A stretch of DNA of 64,000 nt from positions 1,721,950 to 1,785,949 of the forward strand of contig NW_003314295.1 of assembly GCF_000143415.4 (NCBI RefSeq), in the 5' to 3' direction. The stretch is from Selaginella moellendorffii (Eukaryota; Plantae; Lycopodiophyta). The notes beneath the pieces are model-generated. The model did no database searches. It had not been told where the DNA came from and saw only the letters and a program-made list of their open reading frames with translations. This document shows, in pieces, positions 33,601 to 43,333 of the stretch (its first letter is position 1; every line of letters begins with the position of its first letter). Both the position numbers and the translations under genes were made by a program.

Positions 33601-34537
33601 ATGTCGATCGCGTCGCCCGCCGCAGCGAATTCATCCGCTTTGCGATCTCAGCTAGCATTGGCGCCAGCGCCGCGTCCAGTAGCAGTAGCAGCAGCAACAG
33701 CAGCAGTGTACTCTTGTGAGGTCATTTCGTCCGTCTACGAGCCCTATAATCGGGTGGCAAGGGAGACAAGGGACGAGCGCACAAAGAGTCGCGTGATTCG
33801 CCTTCAAGAGCTTGACAATGCAGTAAAACAGTGTCTTTTGTCAGAGTTTATTGGTGGCGGTGGTGGTCGGGTCTTGGATCTGGCTTGCGGTAGACGAGGC
33901 GACATCTTCAAGCTGGATGGACTAAGAGTGCACAAATACGTGGGAGTGGACTTCTCCATGAAAGAATCAGGGAGGCCGAGGCGAGAGCTCAAGCCTGTTT
34001 GTGGAGTACGATTGTTTCTCGTCACGTTTGCCTCAAGATGTCACAGCGGAGGAACCGTATGACGCTTGCAGCTGCCAGCTTGCAATACATTACGCTGCAT
34101 CCAACGAGGCTACCGCACGTACAGCCCTGTACAACATCTCGTCGTCGCTAAAGCCGGGCGGATGGTTTGTAGGCACCACCGTGGACTCGCGGGTGGTTTT
34201 GGACAAGCTAAAGAGGGTGGGCAACACGACGGTGTCCAACAGTGTGCAGCTTGAAGAAACCCGTGAACAAGGAGCTGGTGTTTGGCAACGAATACGACTT
34301 TGCACTGGAGGGCATGGTCAATGACTGCCCTGAGTACCTTGTGTTTTTGATGCGTGGGAGAAGCTTGCAAGGGAGTATGGTCTGGAGCTGGTCATGTACC
34401 AAGAATTTGCTGGCAAACTGGGCAGGAAGGTTGGCGGGCTCACAGCCGCGGAGGCAGAGGTTTTCCCCCTGTATTGCGTCTTTGCTTTCCAAAAGCTCCC
34501 CTGTATGAGCAAGAATAAGAAGCGCAAACGAAATTAA
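33601..34537 (+). pseudogene. Intronless mRNA cap guanine-N7 methyltransferase (Abd1/RNMT-like) pseudogene with several frameshifts
   Basis: RVLDLACGRRGDIFK, YVGVDFS, YDACSCQLAIHYA, ALYNISSSLKPGGWFVGTTVDS, FGNEYDFALEGMVNDCPEYLV, spread over different reading frames. Confidence 0.85.
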
Positions 34538-34899
34538 TTTGGTGAAATGAATGTATAAAAGTCTCTCAATCAAATCTTGTTGTTTGCAAAAGGCAGCGTT
34601 CCCTACTTTCAAGTCCCACTTCTTGGAAGCTTGCCTCCATTCGATAGCATCTTCATAAAAGGCACGTCGAGTTGTCCTAACAATGCAGCAAAGTGCTTTA
34701 AATTCAAAGTCCACGACCATCAGCCCTGGAAAAATCTAATGGTGAAATGAAGCTGATTGATGATTTAAATTGATGGAAAAATGAAAACTAAAGTACATGT
34801 GTGCAGGTTACAGTGCAAGATGCTAGCACATAAGGTTTCAGCTTCTGCAAGTCAAGAGTAATGTAGCTAGCGCAGAACACAGATTTTTTTCCTCGTGAT

Positions 34900-35760
34900 C
34901 TATGTTGTTCTCTGATCATTCGCAGCCGCTTGACTCCAGCAGCTCAGATTGTTGAAACAACCACAATCCAAGACATTTGGTGACAAAAGAGAGTATAGCC
35001 TCTTACCTGGAGAGTTACGTCGAGAGTAACTTGTAGGTGAGACGATCAGCTTGGCAAAGTCGAGACTCGTACGGCATGTCATCCACCTCCAGGTCACCGT
35101 AAACACCCTCCAACACCAACTTTAGACACCGGGCACTTGCGCTCCGTCACAACTCCACCGCGCAACAAGTGGAGTAGCTGGGTGGTGAGGTCGTTTCCAA
35201 AGTTGGACACCCTACCAGCAATCCCGCTGTAAACCTGGAACGCCACTGCTTCCTGAGTTCGACCTGGTTCTCACTCCTCGGCTCGAGCCTCAACCCGTCC
35301 AACTCCAATTCCATTGGAGCCATCGTAGACAAAGAGCGTCGATCGCCTCGCTGCGTCCTCGTGTATGGAACAAGGCGCAGGCAGGCAGTCGAGAGCAGAG
35401 AGAGGAGGAGATGGTCCTGCTCAAACACAAGAATCCCGCGAGTCGACCCTGTCTCCTGTCCGTGGCAGAAGCTCCACCTCCTGTCGGCTGCGTCCCAGGC
35501 AAAGAGCTCGAAGCTACCAGTGCACACATACCCGGCAACCAAGGAGCCACAGAGCGCAGCCAAGCACTTCCCCTCCCTGTTCTCTCGCTGCTCGCAGGAA
35601 GCTCGCCCATGAGGTGCCAGTGGCTTGCTTGGATCACATCGCACGTGGACAGCGCGATGCAGAAGTAGAGGGAGCCAGCGCTGGAAAATACCCTGAATCT
35701 CCGCTCCCATGCAGGGTTGTCAGCCAAAGAGAGAGCTCTCACACTGGACAGTCACGGGAA
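34900..35760 (-). pseudogene. Degenerate coding-like sequence, possibly an F-box-associated/kelch-type remnant
   Basis: GC-rich block with overlapping broken frames (FRVFSSAGSLYFCIAL; FELFAWDAADRRW); no family-defining motif recognised. Confidence 0.3.
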
Positions 35761-35815
35761 TAGGGGAAGCTTGAACCACTCGTCACAGTAGCCATAACAT
35801 GTGTATGCACTCCAC

Positions 35816-37628
35816 GAACCACAAGAACTAAGTAATCTTCTAGAATGGTGGAAGCATTAAGCTACCGTAAATTGCTTTTAAGTTTTTGATAGTAATTACA
35901 AGTATTATAATGTCACTTTTAACAAAAGAGGGTTTTTTTATTGTTCATAACGTTAATTAATGTCACAACAATTGTAAAGTTCTTAGTTAACCTCATTTGC
36001 CATGATAATTCCAAACTAAATTGGTTTTTACTGTAATAACTAATTAATTGATAAGCTTTGGAGTAATTCCATTGTTCTCAAGTTGATCGACTTTCGTTAT
36101 TTAGTTGCTTGATACTTTGCATGAACCTTGATGGCAAGTTAGTGAAGTATTTAATTCATTATTTGATTGTGAGTATAATTTTTTTTCTAATGAGAGTATA
36201 ATTTTCATATTGGCATGGAATGCATAAATAAATTTTTTTATCTCCTTGTTAATATGAGAAAAATTTCAAATGGTAAACCACATATCTATATAAAAAAATT
36301 ATAAAAGTTAAAATATTAATTTATTGTGAACTTTGTTTTCACTGAAAATATATCCATGGCATCCATTAAAGAATGTAAGTCCTCACAAATTTTGAGGGTA
36401 AACCTGGAAGAAGTTAGTTCTCTTCCACACCAAAAGAAGAGAGTATAAATTTAAAAGGGATGTAATGTCGTAAATTTCAAAAGTTTGCATTTCTAGAATT
36501 TTTAATTGTTATAGCAAAACATGTTTACCTCAATGTTTTTTTGGTGTAGCTTTGTACAATCGTGATGAACGAGTCTATGGCTTGTGAAAAAAACCGGAAA
36601 ATTTAATTATATAAATTCCAAAAGAAATTTTTATGTAACTTTAACAATAATTTTTTTTTAATATTATTTTAGATCTTTTTTATATTTTTATCTAGTGTGT
36701 GCTAGGTAGAATCACAAAAACTAGGTAACCCTCTAGAATGGTGGAAGCATCAAGTTACGCCACAAATTGTTCCCAAACTCTTGATAGTAGCCACAAGTGT
36801 TATAATGCTACTTTTGGCAAAAGAGGGTATTTTTATTATTCATAAGGTTATACAATTAAATTTTAGGAGTTAATGCCACAACAATTGTAAAATTCTCAGT
36901 TAGCCTCATTTGCCATGGTAATTCCATTGTTTTCAACTATATTAATTTTTGCCGTAATAATTAATTGCTTGATAGGCTTTGGAGTAACTCCACTGTTCTT
37001 AAATTGATTGACTTTCATTACTTAGTTCCTTGATACTTTGCATGAACCTTGATGATAAGTTGGTGAAATATTTAAATCATTATTTGATTGTTAGTGTAAT
37101 TTTCTTTCCAATGAGAGTATAGTTTCCATATTGGCATGGAATGCATAAATAAATTGTTTTGTCTCCTTTTTAATATGAGAAAAATTTTAAATAGTAAACC
37201 ACATATCTATATAAAAAAATTATAAAAGTTAAAATATTGATTCACTTGTGAACTTTGTTTTCACTGAAAATACATCTATGACATCCATGGTAGAATATAA
37301 GTCCTCACAAACTTTGAGGTTAGATTTGGAATAAGTTAGCTCTCTTCCATACCAAAAGAAGAAAGTATAAATTTAAAAGGGATGTAATGTTGTAAATTTC
37401 AAGAGTTTGCATTTCTAGGGTTTTTAATTTCTATAGAGAAATGCATTTATCTTAATGTTTTTTTTTGTGTAGCCTTGTTCAAGTGTGATAAATGAGTCTA
37501 TAGCTTACGAAAATAACATAAAATTTAATTATATAAATTCCAAAATAAATTTTTATATAATTTTAATAAAAATTTAATTTTTTAATGTTATTTTAGATCT
37601 TTTTTATCTTTCTACCTAGTGTGTGCTA
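35816..37628. repeat. AT-rich direct tandem duplication, period about 893 bp (copies about 35816-36707 and 36708-37628)
   Basis: tctagaatggtggaagcat at 35839 and 36732; shared blocks tgatactttgcatgaaccttgatg, ccacatatctatataaaaaaattataaaagttaaaatatt and ctagtgtgtgcta. Confidence 0.93.
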
Positions 37629-38821
37629 ATTTATTTTTGATAGCATAAGAATGCACTTCCAATATTAAATTAAAACTATGATCTTCGCAAAGTTTAATCA
37701 TATTACATTTTAAGTAAATATACATTATGGTTATTGTTAACGAGGGGATCAGTGTTAAAATGTAAAATTATTTCTACTTTATTTAGCATTAAAATGTAAG
37801 TCCTTTAGTATAAATAATAATAGATGTCGAACTCTCACCCAACTCATTATACCAAAATGTAAAAATCAAGAAGCCTTTTATTGAATCACTCTTATACATT
37901 TTAATAATTGGATTTTACAAAATACTTATTTAAGAAATAAACTTTTCTCCCACTTGTTAATATTATATGCCTTTTTAATAGAAAAAAAAGATTCAAAATT
38001 GATGGTATATTAATGATTAAGGGTTGTGCATTTTTCTTCCCTAAGACTTTATAATTGAGTTAAATTTGATAAAAGTGCATAAAGGTTGATTATCTGATTT
38101 ATAGCATGCCATTATTTTATGGATTTATTGTGGGTAGCTACATAATGGCCATAAAAAACTAGATAAAAAGAAATTTAATCCATGTTTCAATTGAAAACTT
38201 TTGATCATAAATTTGTAAATTTTAAATTTTTTTTTATTATTGATTTTGTATATTTATTTTAAGCTCTCACATTACTAAACATAAATGGTTTTAATTGTCC
38301 TTAAGGAATGCTTAGATTTTCAAGAGTACTATCAAAAGGTTCATACAACATTAGTTAATCCAGTATTCATATTTCAAATTTATTTTAGATTTTTCATTAT
38401 ATTGGTCAATGTATGTTCAAATTATCTTTTATTACCATATATTACTATCTATTTAGCTTTACATCACGTGGAAAAAATTGTAAGTAACAAAAGACAGCAG
38501 TTAATTAGGGTTTAAATCTTTTTTTAATTGGTTAATTGTCTTGGGATACATTGAAGTTATCTATATACTACTTTTTGAATTAAGTAATATTAGGTTGAGT
38601 GACTTGTTTGGAAATTTTTGGTTTAATATACTAAATATAAAGGGTGAGTCGGGCTTTTGAAATTTTTAACTTCTATTTATGAAAGTATTAATTTATAAGG
38701 AAGCATAATAAATTATAAATAACAAAAGAAAAAAACTTAAGAGCAGTTTATTAGAGTTCAAACAATAAATTACAATCCAAAACAAAAAGTTAAAGTGTCA
38801 TTGGGTTTAAATAGTATTAAG

Positions 38822-39027
38822 TTGGGTAAACTAAATCTTCTATAAAATTTAAATTTAGGAACTTATACCAATCTTTATTTTCTATGCATGTATGCAAGAT
38901 GAAACAGACTTAGCAACAGCAGGTGAATGAGATTGGGTAACCTTCTATAAAGTTCAAATTTAAAAACTTATACCAATTTTCATTTTCTATGCATGTGTGT
39001 AAGAGGAGATAGACTTAGTAACAACTG
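38822..39027. repeat. Imperfect direct repeat of about 106 bp
   Basis: ttgggtaa..cttctataaa..t.aaattta..aacttataccaat..tt.attttctatgcatgt.tg.aaga..a.a.agacttag.aaca occurs twice. Confidence 0.8.
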
Positions 39028-40384
39028 TATGTATACATATGACAAACCTAGCCAGACCTAGCTATGCATGTACATGATCATATACTTCCTTGTATCTTTT
39101 CCATTTATCTCATTTTCTGATTTTTTGTTTGTACCTTTGTTTTAATAATGTAAATGAGTCACATAATATTATCAAACGTAGTCAAATTTATAAATTTGAT
39201 TTGCTAAGTTACAAAATTGAATGGTTTGCACCTTGCTCTTTACCATTTTTCTTTTATACTCTTGCATTCCTCTTTGAATCTCTTAGATGTGATCTTTGTG
39301 AGACAACAAATGATTGGCTTAAGAAGGAGTATCTGAATTCCTCACTTCAACGATAGAATCCGTAGTCATGGGCTTCCTCCAAGGGAGAAAACATTTAGCC
39401 GGGGTGACTAATAGATTCAAGCAACCAGACTATTTTCCTCCATTGTCTTCACCCAGCACTTGCCACTTTAAACTGAGATAGAGATCCTTACATCTGCCAG
39501 AGCTCTGAAAGAGGAGATCACCTCCAAGTCAAGCTCCTTCTCCAAATGTTCAATAGATAGCACATTCCTACCAAAAGGCATTGCCACCAAAGTGGCAGAA
39601 CAGCTCGATCTGCTAAATGAGATTAGTAACTGAAACAACATGGTTGTGCTATTTTGTTCACCTTTCTTGTTACACAAGAGACTTTGAACAAGTATATCAT
39701 CTCGTATAGCTGCCGCTCACTCAAGTACTAACCAAGAAAAGCTTGCAGCATACCATTTTATCCATGCTCTTCACCATCTGACAAAGAAGACCAAAATTAC
39801 CTTGAAGAAACAGCAAGAGCTCATTTCTTTTAATCATTACTGTAAGCGCATCCATAGGATATAAAATGTAGCTCAGAGTCTCACCTATTCAGATAATTGC
39901 CAAGTGTAAGTTCCGGGAAACAGTGGGACTGGACGAGTAGGCGAACAAGTGATTGATCTCCACGGACTTGTGACAAAAACCAGTTTTCATTTTCACGGCC
40001 GGATCTCTGCCATGCCACAAAAGATACTCATATGGCAAAAGAACTCCCAGCACCTCCAGCATCTGTGGTACCACCACGGAGTCAAGTAGGTTTGAAAACC
40101 GAAGTACCTGCGGCACAAGAATCAACGCGTTGCAAATTTGCACAGACAGTACCTCTGGATCATACGTATCTGGCATGAATGTTCAGTATTGTAACTTGAG
40201 AACCTGTACCTGTGGATGAAAGTAGAGTAAACAAACACAAAAGAGCATAGAAATGGCCAGCACCTTTGCAAGAAGATAAGAAAGAGAACCCTCACATAGT
40301 GCACGAGACAATCAATCAGCTGCAAACGTTTTCCAGAAGCACCGTAGAGAAAACCTCAGAGCTTTATGAGCGAAAAGAGAAGTT

Positions 40385-41810
40385 CATCTCACCGCTCCAC
40401 AGGTCGACGGCAAGAGATGTTCCAGCTTATGCCGCTGACAGATACAAGTATAGAGATTTTCGACGTCCATGCCATCTGGTTGTGCTCTTGCATGTTCTCG
40501 TAAGTGCTCTTCAAATCTGTAACACCAACGTAAAGCATTCCAGGACACGACATTTCTCTCTGGCATGTGGGCAAACGTTTTCAAAGCTTTATCGATATTC
40601 CCGCAATCGGCATAAGCTGACAGCATAGAGTCCATGCCAGGCGACTTCTCTCCACCATAGAGTCGAGCACAAGCTCAGATTGCTTGAGGCTGCTGCTTTG
40701 GGCGTACGCAGCCAACATGGCGTTTCTGACGGACGCCCTCAAACATTTCTGGGGATGTCCTGAACAAGGTGCCAAATGTAGACATTCCTGGCGAGCTTCT
40801 CGCCGTAGCAAGAGTGTCTTCTCGCGCTTGGTTGAGAAGCCCAAGCAATTGCGCTTGATCCTGATCCATTCCCGGAGTGTGGAGCTCGAGAAGCTCGGTG
40901 GTTAAGTTGGTGCTCGTCCTCCAGGGTGTGGGAGAAGTCACTGAAGGTGCGAGAGGGATGGACTGTGGACAAAGAAGAGGACCCTGTTGCAGGTCATGTG
41001 CCAGCCGCGGCGCAAACACCACAATGCTGGCCAAGACATGAAAGACTTTCACAGATCTGGGGAGGACGAGCAACCCTGTGATTCGTGATTAATCAGGAGC
41101 TCATTTGCATCTCGGTGTCCATATCTCTCCAATTAGCTCGTCCAGATGTATGGGCTATGTGGCAGCCGCGAGGGGTGGAATTCGACCCAAGAATTGCTTC
41201 TCCTGGTCCGCGAAATGCTTGCTGCATATGCCCACATCGGGGATCTGGTAGACTTTGAGACATTCTGGAAGATGCATTGCTTCTTTGAACACGATGCCTA
41301 CCGCGTGAGATTGGCCAGCGTGCCTCAAATCTATGACTACCTCGAGCATGGTAGTCGACGAGATTAATCGTGCCGGACGGTAATGGCGAGCGCGTATGGA
41401 TGTTCGGGACTTGATGACGACACGAAAGCCCTGTTGAATGAACACAGTGTGATGCCGTGATTGCATGTTACTGGCATCTACAAGACCTCAAAGCCGACCA
41501 GATCTCTTTTACGTGCTTGTTTCTGGGATTTAGTCACTGCGGAAGGATGGAAGATGCGGAAGGATAGAAGACGCTTTAAGATGCTTCCTCTCGATGCTCG
41601 TGGAACGCTCTAAACGGGAGCAAAAGGAGTTTTCGATCGCAAACCATAGCTTAGTAACTTAGAACTCCATCTTGGCTGGGTTTGTCATCTGAAAGAGGCA
41701 AAGCCTTCTTATCTTGGAACTCGCTCCTCTGTCGTCGCAAAACAGGATGCTGTGAAATGCTGAGCTTGTGTTTGAAGAGATGGCCAAGGGACTCTATGGT
41801 GTGACCATGC
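40385..41810. pseudogene. Collinear, deletion-riddled copy: PPR 5' half (-), AXY9 (-), PPR 29943 (+), PPR 3' half (+)
   Basis: 40385-40750 matches 55430-55910; 40760-41050 matches scattered AXY9 blocks (gcgcttgatcctgatccattcccgga, tccagggtgtgggagaagtc, aacaccacaatgctggcc); 41105-41600 matches 30030-31240 (ccgaccagatctcttttacgtgcttgtttctgggatttagtcac); 41620-41800 matches the reverse complement of about 54770-55200. Confidence 0.88.
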
Positions 41811-41873
41811 AGATGAGAGCAGGGAACGCTGCCTCTTAACAAAGTTTAATTGAGAGGCTTTTATTTCACCAAA

Positions 41874-42488
41874 TTAGTTTCGTTTGCGCTTCTTATTCTT
41901 GCTCATACAGAGGAGCTTTTGGAAAGCAAAGACGCAATACAGGGGGAAAACCTCTGCCTCCGCGGCTGTGAGCCCGCTCAGCCTGTGCTTGCCAGGAAAT
42001 TCTTGGAAATTGGCAGGCATGACCAGCTCCAGACCATACTCCCTTGCAAGCTTCTCCCACGCATAAAAAAACACAAGGTACTCAGGGCAGTCAATGACCA
42101 CGCCCTCCAGTGCAAAGTCGTATTCGTTGTCGTGTTGCCCACCCTCTTTAGCTTGTCCAAAACCACCCGTGGTGCCTACAAACCATCCGCCCGGCTTTAG
42201 CGACGACGAGATGTTGTACAGGGCTGTACGTGCGGTAGCCTCGTTGGATGCAGCGTAATGTATTGCAAGCTGGCAGCTGGAAGCGTCATACGGTCCCTCC
42301 GCTGTGACATCTTGAGGCAAACGTGACGAGAAACAATCGTACTCCACAAACTTGGCTCTCATAGCTCTTAGGGCTTGAGCTCTCGCCTCGGCCTCCCTGA
42401 TTCTTTCATGGAGAAGTCCACTCCCAAATATTCACTCCTAGTCCATCCAGCTTATTGCCTCCGCTACCGCAAGCCAGATCCAAAACCC
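41874..42488 (-). pseudogene. Second, inverted copy of the cap N7-methyltransferase pseudogene (5' truncated)
   Basis: Near-identical reverse complement of about 33870-34540 (VEYDCFSSRLPQDVTAE, SCQLAIHYAASNEATARTALYNISSSLKPGGWFVGTT, MSKNKKRKRN). Confidence 0.9.
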
Positions 42489-43333
42489 TGCAATAAGCCA
42501 TCAATGAAAATAAACTATCACTAAAGATTGTCAATCACTTTTTTATTAGAGATGCATAGTTATTATTTAAAAATAATTCACTTGGTGAATGACAAATTAT
42601 TCATTATCAATCAAGAAAAACTTCTAATAAAAAATGATAATCAATTATCACCAAAAATAACAAGATGAGGAAATTAACTCAAACATCAAATCTAATGAGC
42701 TATCCATAAAAGCACAATGATAAACTAGATGATCTGTAAAATATCAGGAGCCAAAACATTTAAAGTCTTGAAAAGCCACTATAGAGACAACAATTATTGA
42801 ACACTGCTCAGAGACAAAATTTACAATTGCAAAAAACATTGCTAAGCCAAATTCACTTGGTGCTTAAGAAAGTTCATAAATTATAAACTGAAATAAATGA
42901 ATTTCCTAGAACCCCATTTAGCCCTGTGGATGGCAAGGAAGGATTGAATGCCAAGGCGCGCAGTGGCAGCATTGATGCTGCAGCCATAACATTAACCCTG
43001 CAAAATATAAAATATTTGGAAGCTCATACTTGTCTATTGCCTTGTGTCCAAAAAAATATATGTATATTTTAAGAACTCACTATTGTTCACAAAAATCTGT
43101 GTGGCCTATTCTCAAAAATATCTTGGGAAAGAATGTTAATTTACAGAGAAAAAGTATTTTTAAATTTTTGGCCTCTGCAGAGAGAAGGAAAATTTTGATT
43201 AGAATTTCCCAACCATTTTGACTGACCACATTTATTATTCTATTGACTCCAAGTGCACATACATATGCCAAGTTGGAGGACACCATAAGAACACAAAAAG
43301 GGCAAGTAACTCGGAGTGTCTCTGCTTTGCTTC

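Noticed and set aside
39360-40380. Moderately GC-rich, exon-like fragments
   Set aside because: Probably decayed gene pieces, but I could not assign a family or match them within the window.
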